64,000 nucleotides of DNA from Savitreella phatthalungensis. Taxonomy: Eukaryota. The translations under genes and the position numbers were made by a program. The stretch is from contig AP039689.1 in the NCBI GenBank assembly GCA_051599415.1, positions 744,001 to 808,000 of the forward strand, given 5' to 3'. Each line of letters begins with the position of its first letter. Positions within the stretch are counted from its first letter, which is position 1. The notes under the pieces are model-generated. The model was given only the letters and a program-made list of their open reading frames with translations. It had not been told where the DNA came from and searched no databases. This document shows positions 1 through 12,009 of the stretch, piece after piece.

Positions 1-760
1 GCTGGTCTCGATACGCGGCCACTTCCTTCGACGCCCATGACAGTGGCGAGCGTGAGAACATCTACTCCACACCGCCTGCTGCTCTCCTCATAGTCGTATG
101 CCATACCTGTTATGCACTTCTCGTGGGTGACTGTGATGCCGTCGATCGAGAGGTACCATATCCCTGCCGGAAGCCTGTAGATATGCATGTCTGCGTCGAG
201 ACTTATGATATAGACATCTCTACCACTCCTGGCATGAGCCTCGAGGGCGTATCGGACACAAGCTCGGTCACCTTCCTCGAGCGTGCTCACCCTGACCTCG
301 ACCTCCAGTACCCTCAAAACGTCCTGCAGGACTGCGGTCGCGAGCGGCGGTGTATTGGAGCCCAAGGACCTCAACGTCGTCGCATGTGATCGTCCTCCCG
401 CGGCCGCTCTATTCAACGTCCTGACGAGCGCCGCATTCGCACGCTCTCGTCGAACCACAACCTTGCCTTCCGGCAGATACCCATCAAACACCACGGCCTC
501 TCTATCGCACACGCGCGTGTCAGCATACCGCACCGCGGAAGCGTTCATATTACCTACATCTTCACGCCCGCCGATACAACCGCTTGGACGAAATTTCGAG
601 CGATTCTCGCAAACGTTCTCAGACCACCCTCGTCCACATGATGTTGCCTCCAGAGTGCGCACGCTAGCGCTGGCCCATCCACCACCACACTCGCATCCTT
701 CCCGACCGACACCACCTTCCCGTGAGGCTGTAGAAATCGATGCAGTCCCGGCACTCCCAT
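1..760 (-). CDS. Asteroid/XPG-like PIN-domain nuclease family protein; 5' part only, runs off the window; one intron 502-557
   Basis: Exon 1 starts at ATG 760 and reads MGVPGLHRFL...VVVDGPALA. A GTAGGT...GCTGAC...ATAG intron joins it in frame to KIEAVVFDGYLPEGK..RRER..EEGD..SLDAD, which is open to position 1. These are FEN1/XPG-type PIN motifs. Confidence 0.8.
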
Positions 761-897
761 CCACACCCTAACACATCTCTTTCCGTCGTATAGTGAAACG
801 TCAGACCAAAAAAAAATCAATCGACCGTGCATCCACTTCGTCAGAGGGAGATGATTAAGAACTCGAGCGGGAGTGAGAAAGGTGACAACGAGACGGG

Positions 898-1191
898 ATG
901 GCAGACAAGTTGAGAGTTGCGCAGGAGCTTGCTACGACACATGCTCGCCACTTGGGTACGCTTGATGGTGACAGTACACGGGAGGGTTGGTTGAAGGGGG
1001 TTGTGAGGGATGGGTGTGGTGTTCAGGCTGGGATGGCTGGGATGGTGGTGTACAACAGCATCGCCTGGGGAGAGACGGCGGAGGAGGCACATGTGAGGTT
1101 GATCGATGGTATGGTAGATCCACTCAAGCAGCATCGAGTGCCCCCACCGCCTCTCACGCAACAGGAGGCACAGGCCAATGGGCATCACTGA
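898..1191 (+). CDS. YSF3: Splicing factor SF3b subunit 5 (SF3b10/Ysf3), divergent
   Basis: 97 aa, colinear with the family pattern as I recall it: MADKLR..ARxxG..W..RD..G..Y..GE..MxxP..PPP. Confidence 0.7.
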   Translation: MADKLRVAQELATTHARHLGTLDGDSTREGWLKGVVRDGCGVQAGMAGMVVYNSIAWGETAEEAHVRLIDGMVDPLKQHRVPPPPLTQQEAQANGHH

Positions 1192-1333
1192 GACACTGTC
1201 TATAGAACAGACACAGGCCTGAACATGGATACGCTGGAGGGAGTAGCAGAGACGAGATGAGACGAGACGACGCTTTATATGAAATGACCAAATGTTATGC
1301 TTGCTCCAATGAATTTTATGAGAGTGAGGTTGT

Positions 1334-3631
1334 CTACCAGTCGGTACCTTTGGGTGTGCGCTGCTTGAGTGCCTCGATCTTGACGGGTCCGTCTGAGTGG
1401 GATTTGCCATCTAGCCAAGGGAACTTCTGCGATCGGGTAGACTCGTATCGCTTGATCGCGTCATCCTTCTGCATCGTCAGGCCAATGTCGTCCAGGCCGT
1501 TGATGAGGCAGTGCTTTCTGAATGCTTCGACCTCGAACTTGACGAGTTCCTCGCCGTCTGCTGTCTTGATGGTTTGTGAAGGCAGGTCGACGAGGAGCTG
1601 CTTGCCTTGCTGAGCAAGTGGTGTGAGCTTCGAGATAATTTCCTCCTGAGGCACGACCACAGGCAGCATGCCGTTCTTGAAGCAGTTGTTGAAGAAGATA
1701 TCTGCGAATGAGGGCGCAATCACACATCGAATGCCAAAATCGTTCAGAGCCCAAGGAGCATGCTCGCGAGACGAGCCACAGCCAAAGTTCTTGCCAGAGA
1801 CGACGAGGATCTTGGCAGCGTCGTAGGGTGCGACGTTAAGGATAAAGTCAGTCTTTGTCTTGCCGTCTACCTCATAACGCTTCTCGAAGAAGAGGGCGGA
1901 TCCGAGACCCGTGCGCTTGATCGTCTTGAGGAACTGCTTGGGGATCAGCATATCTGTGTCGATGTTGTCAATGTCGAGCGGTGCTGCAATACCCTGAAGC
2001 TCAGTGAAGGCTGGCATGCCCTGTGCAGCACCAGTAGGTGCAGTTGTCGTGCCGGCGGCGAGCGCCTTCTGAGCCTCGAGCTCTGCAGTGTGGTCGGTCT
2101 CCGGCAGATCGTTGATGGCGTCGGAGGCCGCGAGCTCGTTCTGGTTGATGCCAGCAGGTTGCTCTGCGATCGAGATGCCCTCGTCCTTCGATGATGGTGC
2201 GTCGAAACCCTCGACGGTACGGACGTCGATCAGGTGACCGGCAATAGCAGCTGCTGCAGCCATCGTTGGAGAGCAAAGGTGTGTGCGGCCTCCAGGTCCC
2301 TGACGACCCTCGAAATTGCGGTTCGATGTGGAAGCACAGCGCTCTCCTGGCGAAAGAATGTCTGGGTTCATGCCGAGACACATGGAGCAGCCTGCCTCAC
2401 GCCACTCGAAGCCTGCTTCCTGGAAGATCTTGTCAAGACCTTCAGCGATGGCTGCCTGCTTGACAAGACCTGAGCCGGGGACGACCATGGCGCGCTTGAT
2501 GTTGGCGGCGACTTTCTTGCCCTTGACAATCCGAGCTGCCGCGCGCAGGTCAGAGATCCGAGCGTTTGTGCAGGAGCCGATGAAGACCTTGTCGAGCTTG
2601 ATGTCCTGCATAGGAGTGTTTGGCTGGAGGTCCATGTACTTGAGCGCACGCTCGATCGCAGCCTTCTTGGAAGGGTCAGTGGCCTGTGAAGGGTCAGGGA
2701 CACTGCCAGTGATGGGGACGACGTCCTGGGGTGAGGTCCCCCAAGAGACTGTGGGTGTGATGTCGCGGCCCTTAATGTCGACGGTGATGTCGAACTTTGC
2801 GCCGTCGTCCGTCTTGAGCGTGCGCCAGTATGCGACGGCACGGTCCCACTCCTCTCCCTGCGGTGCCATCGGACGACCCTTGAGGTACTTGAAGGTGTTG
2901 TCGTCCGGAGCGATCATGCCTGCACGTGCGCCAGCCTCGATGGACATGTTGCAGATGGACATGCGAGCCTCCATGGAGAGTGCCTCAATGGCCGATCCGC
3001 AGAACTCAATAACTGCTCCCGTTCCACCTGCTGTACCAATGACGCCGATGACGTGGAGAATGAGGTCCTTTGAAGAGACACCCTCTGCGAGTTGTCCGTC
3101 GATTCTGATGCGCATGTTCTTTGACTTTTTGGTGATGAGGGTCTGAGTAGCGAGGACGTGTTCTACCTCCGATGTACCAATGCCCCATGCAAGTGCGCCA
3201 AATGCGCCGTGTGTGGAGGTGTGTGAGTCACCGCAGACGATGGTGGTGCCGGGCAGGGTGAATCCTTGTTCTGGGCCGATGATGTGGACGATACCCTGGC
3301 GCTTGTCTGCGAGACCAAAGTAGGTGAGGTTGAATGCCTTGACATTCTCTTCGAGTGTCTCACATTGGAGTCGTGAGTCTGCCTCTTCTACGAAGGTGGA
3401 GATAGACTTGAAGTTCTTGCGCGGTGTGGTTGGAACGTTGTGGTCTGTGGTTGCAAGGGTGCAGTCTGTGCGACGGACTTTGCGACCTGCATTCCGGAGT
3501 CCTTCGAATGCCTGTGGTGATGTGACTTCATGGACTAGATGTCTGTCGATGAAGAGAAGGGCTGTACCATCATCTTGGAGCTCGATGAGATGGTCTTCAA
3601 AGACCTTGTCATAGAGTGTGCGGGGAGCCAT
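1334..3631 (-). CDS. LEU1: 3-isopropylmalate dehydratase (fused large and small subunits)
   Basis: [61 protein letters not shown]. Confidence 0.98.
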   Translation of the reverse strand: MAPRTLYDKVFEDHLIELQDDGTALLFIDRHLVHEVTSPQAFEGLRNAGRKVRRTDCTLATTDHNVPTTPRKNFKSISTFVEEADSRLQCETLEENVKAFNLTYFGLADKRQGIVHIIGPEQGFTLPGTTIVCGDSHTSTHGAFGALAWGIGTSEVEHVLATQTLITKKSKNMRIRIDGQLAEGVSSKDLILHVIGVIGTAGGTGAVIEFCGSAIEALSMEARMSICNMSIEAGARAGMIAPDDNTFKYLKGRPMAPQGEEWDRAVAYWRTLKTDDGAKFDITVDIKGRDITPTVSWGTSPQDVVPITGSVPDPSQATDPSKKAAIERALKYMDLQPNTPMQDIKLDKVFIGSCTNARISDLRAAARIVKGKKVAANIKRAMVVPGSGLVKQAAIAEGLDKIFQEAGFEWREAGCSMCLGMNPDILSPGERCASTSNRNFEGRQGPGGRTHLCSPTMAAAAAIAGHLIDVRTVEGFDAPSSKDEGISIAEQPAGINQNELAASDAINDLPETDHTAELEAQKALAAGTTTAPTGAAQGMPAFTELQGIAAPLDIDNIDTDMLIPKQFLKTIKRTGLGSALFFEKRYEVDGKTKTDFILNVAPYDAAKILVVSGKNFGCGSSREHAPWALNDFGIRCVIAPSFADIFFNNCFKNGMLPVVVPQEEIISKLTPLAQQGKQLLVDLPSQTIKTADGEELVKFEVEAFRKHCLINGLDDIGLTMQKDDAIKRYESTRSQKFPWLDGKSHSDGPVKIEALKQRTPKGTDW

Positions 3632-3909
3632 CTTGAATGAGCGTATGAAGATGGAAGTGCTTGGACTTGGTAGACAGAGGCAGATAGTGACTTGGACGCC
3701 AGTTAGAGTTATGGATGGAGAAGGATGGGGATGATGTTGATGATGATGATGATGGGAGGGTGGATGATGAGTAGCGGGGGGAGAGAGTATGTGTGTGTGT
3801 ATGTGAGAGTGAGTGACTGGAGGTGTGAGTGAGTACTTTGGTGCATCTACTCTGTAACAGACGGTCGATGATGATTTGGCTTGTGTGACTCGGTCAAATT
3901 AAATTAAAG

Positions 3910-3916
3910 TGACTCA
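3910..3916. promoter_or_regulatory. Gcn4/CpcA-type site TGACTCA upstream of LEU1
   Basis: Exact TGACTCA about 280 bp upstream of the LEU1 ATG; another TGACTC half-match near 3886. Confidence 0.55.
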
Positions 3917-4249
3917 AAAAAGAAGAATGAAACTTGAATGAAAATGGTATGCATCAAATTGATAGTTTTCACAATTATCTTTCGAATCTAGAGAATCTCT
4001 ATCAAGAGGATTAAGTTTATAAATTCAGTTCGGGCTGAAACTTCTAATTCCAAATACAAGACTCGATCCTATTCGGAATTTGAACTTTTCCAATTGATTT
4101 ATTTTTCCCTAGTTCGATCGAAGAGGATTTGATCAATACTATTAACACTATCTTACATTGATTAATCCTGAGTGAAAGCTGATTCTGGGATTCACGTGAT
4201 TGGCTCATTCACTCAGTCACGTTCAATGGCACTATTGCCACCCATCAGG

Positions 4250-4326
4250 TCAGGTCAGTCGGTCAGGTCAGTCGGTCAGGTCAGTGGATCAGGTCAGTGG
4301 ATCAGGTCAGTGGATCAGGTCAGTCA
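4250..4326. repeat. 13-bp tandem repeat TCAGGTCAGT(CGG/GGA), about 6 copies
   Basis: Read directly from the sequence. Confidence 0.9.
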
Positions 4327-4571
4327 ACAATCTCAACCTCGTCCATTCCACTATACGCTAAAACACATCATGGCATTCCTTCGACACCGCAGGTCATCTC
4401 GTCCTCACCTTCCACGCTCAGCCTCAGACACACGAACGAACAACATTCCTCGAGACGCCAGGTCTAGACCCGTTCCCTGGAAAAGTGATACATATTTCCT
4501 TTTTCCTAAACCCACCTTATCTCTGTGTCATCCAAAGATCAGCAACTTTCGCCTTTATTCATCCCTGCAGA

Positions 4572-7304
4572 TCATTCGCTCATAGCTTCTTCGAGCCGGG
4601 TGAGCACGGTAGCGTCAAAGACGTCATCGTCGTCGTAGTCGACGATTGTCGATAGATCAATCTCGTACAGGGATCCTACTTTCTTGTGTAGTTCGCCTCT
4701 GACACTTGCCATCTGCGAGCAAGCTTCCAGATCACGACCGATCGCGTCGAGATCCGCCTGACTGATTCGGATTTCTTTTGCAACCACACCGGCGATAGCC
4801 AGGATCGACTCTGTCAACTCGAACGCCTGCTTCGCATCAAAAGGTGGCGGATCATTATCGTCCTCATCCTCATCCTCGTCCTCCATCGACCTGCCGAAGG
4901 CCTCTGATCCATGACCTGTAGGCGTCGCTGTGCCGGACCTCGGGATCAGCGGCTGTGGTGTTGCTGCTTGCGTTGCATCGGACGATTGCGGTACGAGTGA
5001 TGGCGTGCGCTCGATAGCATTCGACTTTTCAGAAGTACGTGCAGCATCCTCGCTGCTGCCTGTCATGACCACCTCTGGTGTATTGGCTGCGCCCTCGCCC
5101 GCCTGCTTGACACCGTCCTTGGTCTTGTCCTGTGCATCAGTCGTCACACTTTGGAGGTCCTCCATCTTGACATCCGACTGTCCGTTTGAGGCTGCGCTTG
5201 TTTCCACGTTTGGCTCGCGCATCAGTACATCCGCCATCAGCGACGCTAAGGGATCCTGTGCTGCCGCGGCCTTCATCCGCTCTTCGTGCAACCTGACGAG
5301 TTCTTCGTGTGATGGGAGCGTCAGATCTGTGGGTGTAGGTTCTTTCGTATAGAGCGTTAGAGTGTGGAGAATAGCTCGCCCAAGGTCGCCGAAGGTGATA
5401 TCAGCCAATTCAGTACCTTCGACAATCGGGATCTGATCAAGTGCTCGACCTTCCTTGGACTGCCGCTTTGCCTTCCGCTTCGAGAACTCTTCCTCGATCC
5501 AGAGTTCCTTCATTCGGGTGTTGCCAACCCCAAACAGCTTGTGAGCACGCTTGTTCACCCGGCTACGCAAATCATTATCCTTGTTCCGATCCTCGTTCGC
5601 TTCTCGCCATCGCTTCTTCCGCTCCCGGTTGTCCATCCTGTTCTTCCCCATCGGAAACGGCCCAGAACTCGCCGTCCCGGCGGTCGTCGACCCAGCTGCC
5701 AATGGCGATCCATAGTGTAGTGAGATATCGACTTTGGTTGGGGTCGATGTCGATGCCGCTCCGGCTGATGGCGTGACGGCGTTTGTGACTGCTGGCGGCC
5801 GCGTTGGCGTGGCTGCTGCCGCTGTCGCTGCCGACGTGGCCGCAGGCTTCGCAGGCAGACGATTTGCGCCCACGGCCGGTGTCGCAGCCTGCTTTCCAAC
5901 AGTCTGCACTGGCTTGACGGCAGATGCGGGAGCAGCTGGACGTCCAGCCACTTGTTGTAGTCTTTGAGCAACGCCTGGCGTGCCCGGTCGGGAGCCTGCA
6001 GTAAATTGGATCGGTTGGCGAGACGCGTTACTGCCTGCAACGACGGTGATCGGCGGCCGGTAAGCGAACGGCTGCACAGCGCCGAACGCCGCCGACGGCG
6101 TCACAGTCACGCTTTGAATTATCGATCGTCCAGGAGCCACGCTCACCGTCATCCGACCTGGTGTGCTTGTCCCTGCTGCAGGCGTGCTCACAGGGCGAGT
6201 GCCCGTGGCAGGCGTGGATGGTGTGGATGGTCGGGAGCCTGCGACCTGGGTAGCGCCATTTCGAGGCGCAACGGTCACGCTTTCAACTGGCCTTGCAGGC
6301 GTGCTGATAGCGCCAGAGACCGCAGCAGTAGCAGCTGGACGATTGACAGGCGTACCTGCGGTCGGGTTTGGTCGAACTGTGTTGATCGTCATGTTCGGCC
6401 GTGCGGCTGAGATGACCTGTGCAGCCGATCTCGCTCCAATCGTAGCCTGTCCCGCTGGCCTTGCACCAGCTGCCTGTACGACTGCGGGCCGCGCCGCTGA
6501 GCTCGCGCCTGTTGTTACGCCGATGGAACGCGCTGCCTGTTGCGATCCTGTCGTATTCGTGGAAGGTCGTGGTGTCTGCGGCGCGCCCGTAGTAGCAGCA
6601 TTAGGTCGCCCTGCTTGAGGTGTACCTGCAGTGACAGCATTTGGGCGTGCTCCTTGAGGTGCGGCTGTACCATTTTTTGGAGGCTGCCCGGTCTGTGTTG
6701 TGTTCGTCGCAGCGGCAGAGGACTGCGCGCTCTGAGGCTTTGTTGCTCCTGTTACCGTCGCCGTGGGCTGCTGCGCCCCGGACGCTGGAGCTACAGGACG
6801 CGCTCCTGCGTTCTCTCCCGCACCAGCGCCAGGTACTAGAGTAGTTGCGGTACGCATCGCTGTAGGCTGTGCAGTGTTGGCCACAGACGCTGGTCGCGCT
6901 CGCTGCGAGCTGGCATTCGCGCTCGGGGCTGCCCCTGAAGCAGGAGGCGCTCGTTGCGCTGGATTGGCGGTGTTTGCAGGCTTTGCAATCTGCGATGTCT
7001 GCGCAGGAGCAGGGTTTTGCGCGCCGGCAGCAACAGCAGTGGTCGTGGTAGAGGGCGCTGCAGGCTTAGCCGGCATGTTCGGCTGGACACCAGCAGCTGT
7101 TTGTTGCTGTGCTGCTTTCTGTATTGACTGAGCCGGCTGTGGTGCTTGCGCAGCTTGCGGTCCTTGCGGTGTTTGTGGTAGAGGCTTGTTCACAGCAGGT
7201 ATCGCGGCAGATTTTTGTGCCTCGTGATTAGAAGTCCCATCGAGTTTGGGCGGAGGCGCCGCGGCAGGATTGCTCTGCGGCGCTGTGGTCGTCACTGTAG
7301 ACAT
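4572..7304 (-). CDS. DUF3020-like domain protein with a long Ala/Pro/Thr low-complexity N-terminus
   Basis: NRERKKRWREANEDRNKDNDLRSRVNKRA..LFG..WIEEEF.KR..KR matches the fungal DUF3020 motif as I recall it. Confidence 0.8.
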   Translation of the reverse strand: MSTVTTTAPQSNPAAAPPPKLDGTSNHEAQKSAAIPAVNKPLPQTPQGPQAAQAPQPAQSIQKAAQQQTAAGVQPNMPAKPAAPSTTTTAVAAGAQNPAPAQTSQIAKPANTANPAQRAPPASGAAPSANASSQRARPASVANTAQPTAMRTATTLVPGAGAGENAGARPVAPASGAQQPTATVTGATKPQSAQSSAAATNTTQTGQPPKNGTAAPQGARPNAVTAGTPQAGRPNAATTGAPQTPRPSTNTTGSQQAARSIGVTTGASSAARPAVVQAAGARPAGQATIGARSAAQVISAARPNMTINTVRPNPTAGTPVNRPAATAAVSGAISTPARPVESVTVAPRNGATQVAGSRPSTPSTPATGTRPVSTPAAGTSTPGRMTVSVAPGRSIIQSVTVTPSAAFGAVQPFAYRPPITVVAGSNASRQPIQFTAGSRPGTPGVAQRLQQVAGRPAAPASAVKPVQTVGKQAATPAVGANRLPAKPAATSAATAAAATPTRPPAVTNAVTPSAGAASTSTPTKVDISLHYGSPLAAGSTTAGTASSGPFPMGKNRMDNRERKKRWREANEDRNKDNDLRSRVNKRAHKLFGVGNTRMKELWIEEEFSKRKAKRQSKEGRALDQIPIVEGTELADITFGDLGRAILHTLTLYTKEPTPTDLTLPSHEELVRLHEERMKAAAAQDPLASLMADVLMREPNVETSAASNGQSDVKMEDLQSVTTDAQDKTKDGVKQAGEGAANTPEVVMTGSSEDAARTSEKSNAIERTPSLVPQSSDATQAATPQPLIPRSGTATPTGHGSEAFGRSMEDEDEDEDDNDPPPFDAKQAFELTESILAIAGVVAKEIRISQADLDAIGRDLEACSQMASVRGELHKKVGSLYEIDLSTIVDYDDDDVFDATVLTRLEEAMSE

Positions 7305-8085
7305 CTGTTAATACAACGCTGATGTAGACGTAAGGCAGTCGACGAGACGTACTGTGATGTTGCTCTTATCCGTGGAATCATCAACGTGAGGAGAAAGCGG
7401 CTACTTGCAGATATACAGTTAGAGACAGGATATCACTCCCGCGTGCCTTTTGTCTCGTAAGACTGTCGATGGTTCCTGCAGAAGATTACGCGGTTACAAG
7501 CGATTGCAGCTTTGCGCGCACGCTGGCTTGCTCGGAGACCAGTTGACCTTTGCGCGACTTGTTACTGGATGCTGCTCCTTTGAGGGTACTCCTTGACTTG
7601 ACTGACTCGTCTGTTTCTCTGCTCTCGATCAAACTTTTGGAGTTGAGTTTTCAGACTCCTGACGGATGCAGGAATTTGACATTGCAGCGTTCTCCATATC
7701 TGCTATCATTAAATTTATATACAATTTAGTTGGAAACGCACACTGGTTCTTAAAAGACATATAGTCTCGACTATATTTCACCCCTGAAATGAGTAGAGCA
7801 ATTTACGGGCACGTGATCGTCCTCTCAGACTCATGAATATTCCTGGTCCCTTAAGCCGTGACTCCGTAAGCTTGATGCCATACAGACAAAAGCAGGATAT
7901 ATCTATCCATTAGGCATCCGCGCGCTCGCTTGTCTGCATGTGCGCTGGCAAGTTGGCTGGTCTTTGAATGGATCCAATGATGGTAAAAAGGTGTCTTTTA
8001 TCTACAATGTGTGTTTCAGTAAATAGCTATCACTGACGTTTGAGTCAGATATAGTAGTGTAAGCTGTTCTCCGGGTGCGCTGGGC

Positions 8086-9771
8086 CTAGATCACCAGGAT
8101 GTCCTGGTTATTGACCAAGTAGTTGTACTGATCTGGGCGGAAGTCGTCCGTCAGGTAAGTGTTGAGAAGCGCGTTGAAGTGGACAAGCTGCTTCTTCTCC
8201 TTCCACTGTGGCCACTTGAGCTGAGTGATTGGACCATTGTTAGGGTCGAGTGTGTTGACGAAGGAGATGATGTACGACTGCAAGCTGAACTGCGTGTTTC
8301 CAGGCAGGTATCCGAACGACGACAGGATGTCGGAACCGTGCAGCGTGCCGACGACCGGGGCACCGTACAGGTTCGAGATCAGACCGGACCACACCGGCAC
8401 GTCGGGCATGTTGTTTGCAAACACGTTGAGTACCAAACGACGTGTCAGGGTGAACGTCAAGTCGCCGAGAATAGCAGCGAGACGCTTGTACTGGCCGTAG
8501 ATGTTGTACAGCGGGCCGGTGCGGAAAGGCGATCCCGCAGAAGGGTCATTCGGGTAGGCGTCAACGAGGCCTTGGATTCGGTCACGTGATGCTTGCGGGA
8601 AGAAGTATGTGTTGATGTAAGTAACAAGGTCGTCGGTCGTGGTGAGATTGCTCTGGACGAGTGAGAACAAGGTGCCTTCATCCTCGCAGTCAGTGATGAT
8701 CATGGGAACCTTGACAATACCGCCTGATTGCGCCTGTGAGCCCGGTGACTGGACGAGGACGCGACCGTCAGGACGCGGCAGGTACGAGAGTGCGACGGAC
8801 TGGTAGTCGAAGATACCTGGCTGACTGTTCATGGCGTTGGTGAAGGTCTGGGTAGAGACGCCACGCAAGCACTGTGTCGTGTTGGCAGCACCGGAGCAGC
8901 CGGCTGCAGCGACGACGTTGTCGTAGACGGCCTGCGCCTTCGGTCCAGAGTACGAGTCCGCTGGAATAGCAGTGCCTGACTCCATAATCGCACCACGGAA
9001 CAGTGGCTTGCCCTTGTACGTGTTGTCGGCGTTGAAAAGAAGGAGTTGGTCAAAGACTGAGATCGCACCTGCAGACTCACCCCAGATGGTAACCTTGCTC
9101 GGGTCTCCTCCGAAAGCACCGATGTTGTCAGCGATCCATTCAAGCGCCTGACGCTGGTCGAGCAGACCAAGGTTGGTGCTGCCTTCATTGACAAGCTCCT
9201 TGCCTCCAAGGAAACCATAAGCTGCTAGACGGTAGTTCATCATCGCCACGATGACTGGGGAGCCCTGAGCGACTGAGAGCGAAACAAGTGGAGTACCGTC
9301 GTAGATCTGGGTAGAGCCGGTCTCAAAGCCTCCGCCGTAGATCCAGACGATAACGGGAAGGTTGGAAGCAGATGTAGCAGTCGACGGTCTGAAGACGTTG
9401 ACTGTAAGACAGTCTTCAGTCTGGCCTCCGCCATTAAGTTGCTGAATCAATGGGTTGGAAGTAAGGTTGTTCGGGACCTGTGGTCCTGACGGCGCACGCA
9501 CAGACTGAGCGATACATGCTGGCTCCTGCTGTGTGCCGTCGATGACGCCCTGGTCCCTGGTGATGCGCTGCGGTGGACGCAGACGCAGGTTGCCAACAGG
9601 AGCTTCAGCAAAGTGGATGCCCTTGAAGCTGTCGACTCCGAGCAACGAGCGACCGTTGACTGTACCTGTGGAGAACTTGACCGAAGGGCCAAGGTTAAGC
9701 TGACGCTTGTCCTGACCAGCGTCAGCGCTAGCAAGTGCCGCCCCTGCGAACAAGATTGATGAGATCCACAT
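8086..9771 (-). CDS. Secreted type-B carboxylesterase/lipase
   Basis: Signal peptide, EDCLTVNV, WIYGGGF, catalytic GESAG, EDEGT and HGSD. Confidence 0.95.
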   Translation of the reverse strand: MWISSILFAGAALASADAGQDKRQLNLGPSVKFSTGTVNGRSLLGVDSFKGIHFAEAPVGNLRLRPPQRITRDQGVIDGTQQEPACIAQSVRAPSGPQVPNNLTSNPLIQQLNGGGQTEDCLTVNVFRPSTATSASNLPVIVWIYGGGFETGSTQIYDGTPLVSLSVAQGSPVIVAMMNYRLAAYGFLGGKELVNEGSTNLGLLDQRQALEWIADNIGAFGGDPSKVTIWGESAGAISVFDQLLLFNADNTYKGKPLFRGAIMESGTAIPADSYSGPKAQAVYDNVVAAAGCSGAANTTQCLRGVSTQTFTNAMNSQPGIFDYQSVALSYLPRPDGRVLVQSPGSQAQSGGIVKVPMIITDCEDEGTLFSLVQSNLTTTDDLVTYINTYFFPQASRDRIQGLVDAYPNDPSAGSPFRTGPLYNIYGQYKRLAAILGDLTFTLTRRLVLNVFANNMPDVPVWSGLISNLYGAPVVGTLHGSDILSSFGYLPGNTQFSLQSYIISFVNTLDPNNGPITQLKWPQWKEKKQLVHFNALLNTYLTDDFRPDQYNYLVNNQDILVI

Positions 9772-11541
9772 GATGAGGGATAGAGTGTTGCAGATTCAAT
9801 TGAGAAGGATGTTCGATACGTCTTATAGTTGGCCTCTGATTAATTCTAGCAAGAGCAGAAGCATGAGCATGAGCATGAGCACAGAGATCACATCCGTCGG
9901 GATGAATTGGATCACACCACCTCAGGGGTGTTGCGGTCATTGAACCTCTCTCTTCCTTACTGACGGTTGGCTGACTGGTATCAGATACACCCGGCACTCA
10001 CCTTCGGGTAAGGTCCGTAACCCAGAGGTGAGTCAAGACACTTTTCTCTGGAGCCGACGGAGACTCCTTTTTCAGCTGACACTTGTGATTCCAAGTTAAC
10101 GTTGATTGACTGTCTGCGCCTCTGTGGTGGGAATACGCAGGGAACTGTAGAGCAGTTCTGATCCTGATGAGATTGCTCCGACACGTTGAATCACGAGTGA
10201 GACCTTTTGTGTCATTTGAGCGCGAGTCACTGAGCTTCCGAATCCTCGATCTGGGTTGAATTTGCGAGATATTATTCGATTGACCAATTGCCTTTGACCG
10301 ATCTACATTCTCCCTCCCGCACCTGTCAGGTTGACTCCAATCAGATGGACTGCTAATAAATAGTCTTCCCCGCCCTTTGCCACGAATACCCACGCACGCA
10401 TGCACAGCATCCGCCATACAGGAGTAACTATGCTAGATGCTATGCTATGACATGCCTTGCTTCCCATGCTGCTGGAGATCGAAAATGATCTATCCCATAC
10501 TATTTCAAAGCAGTCTGAGCACGATCAGGAGTCCAGATTGGGGAAGAGCGAGCGGCCTTGACGGGAGACTTCCTTCGAATTCATCCACCCTTCGCATGGA
10601 CAGACGAAGGATACAGTCTCATTAGATCTCAATCCCAGCTTCATGAGCTCGCGTTCCGAGAGAGTAGATCGCGACTCGCAGTAATTATCCTGGATCTCAA
10701 AATACATCCGGGGTAAAGATAAAATGGTCAATACGAGGCCCTTCGTAATTCAACGCACATGTCAATCGTAGTCAAAGACCTCGGCTGTCAATACTCACCT
10801 TGATTGGCTCAGTCCCCAAAAGGACTCTCGCATTTACCCCGGACCCCGGACTTTCTATCCACTCCGCGTTTCATCGCCGCTCCTGCACAAAATCTTTCAA
10901 GCCGCTTCCGTCGGGTTGGAGCAAGATTCGCCTATCGGGTGGTCATCTCCTATACTCCATTGCTCTTGCACAGGTATCGTCCGGGATTTCTTTGCTCGCC
11001 TTCTCGGACCATCCCTCGTGACCATGATGGATGCACCGTCCTGGAATGTTACGCAATGCCTGTGAGAGACTGTACAATGGTATGTTACCTAGATAGATCC
11101 TTTCCGCTCCTTGTGCCAGCAGGACGGAACGACGACTTGTTGATGGCAGAAGAAGAGAAAAAGCGCGAGCAGCCAAACCGTCCCTGCCAATCGCTCTCCC
11201 TCATTCGTGTCACGCCTGACAGAGGCCGGTGCATAGCCGGAATTCTATTGACCTCTCCCAACCGCGCTCTGTGTTCACCGAGCATCTTGCACGTGTAGAA
11301 TCCAGTTGATTGACCACAGGAACACGTGGTCGGTATGTGCCACAATTCATGCGCCATTAATTTTTTAGCTTCGCGCCACGCGTGGCGGTAGGGCTCGATC
11401 GCGGACATCGGACCAACACACCATACAGTCCTGACCACGGGGACGAGGACAAGGATCAAGAGCAGACTGTTGGCAAACGACGCTCTCATATAGAGCTGGT
11501 ATTCGGTATTGCCCTTGACTCTACGTGAACGGCCAATTACG

Positions 11542-12009
11542 ATGCTGAGGACGAGCTTGGCACGGTCGACGTTACGACGATCATGCCTGGTTGCTCAGCA
11601 GCAGCAGCCGTGCATGATGACCTGTCGACGACTTGCGTCGACGATGCCTTCGCTGCCGGGACATGTGTCTGATCCGACACAGAACATCGGTGACTACCCT
11701 ACAGATATTCCCAAGGTGAACCGTCAGCTCCGCAACCCTTACAGATCGTACGACAACCAGCAGGAGCGCCGGAACTTTGGTGAGACGCTGCAGGAGGAGG
11801 ATGAGGTTCTGGCAGTGTTCACGCCGGACGTGCACACGCACGTGACGCCTGGCAAAGCTGCACTGCACCTGCTGTTTGCTGGACTCGCGCTCTACGCAGT
11901 CGCACTTATTGGATATTTCACATTCGAGCCACTTCAAGCCGTCAGACGGACCTACCCGAACGGCCTCGAGGAAGAGCTCGGCGGCGTCAACAAGGCGCGC
12001 TCCGACTAG
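11542..12009 (+). CDS. Mitochondrial complex I subunit NDUFB8 (ASHI)
   Basis: Arg-rich presequence from ATG 11542, GDYP..RQLRNPY..YDNQQERRNFGE, one TM helix, RTYPNGLEEELGG. Confidence 0.88.
   Translation: MLRTSLARSTLRRSCLVAQQQQPCMMTCRRLASTMPSLPGHVSDPTQNIGDYPTDIPKVNRQLRNPYRSYDNQQERRNFGETLQEEDEVLAVFTPDVHTHVTPGKAALHLLFAGLALYAVALIGYFTFEPLQAVRRTYPNGLEEELGGVNKARSD

Noticed and set aside
2316..3146. Long antisense ORFs (this one and many similar in the track)
   Set aside because: They are shadows of GC-rich codon usage in real genes on the opposite strand.
3895..4200. AT-rich tract next to TCACGTG, resembling a point centromere (CDEI/CDEII)
   Set aside because: The AT content is too low, there is no CDEIII, and the same pattern recurs at several promoters.
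4430..4500. Possible H/ACA snoRNA hairpin (CCAGG/CCTGG, ACA)
   Set aside because: The pocket-to-ACA spacing is about 9 nt rather than 14-16 nt, and there is no convincing 5' hairpin.
11085..11489. Minus-strand ORF with a hydrophobic N-terminus and AHELWH (HExxH)
   Set aside because: It starts only about 50 nt from the NDUFB8 ATG and the rest is not protein-like; probably chance.
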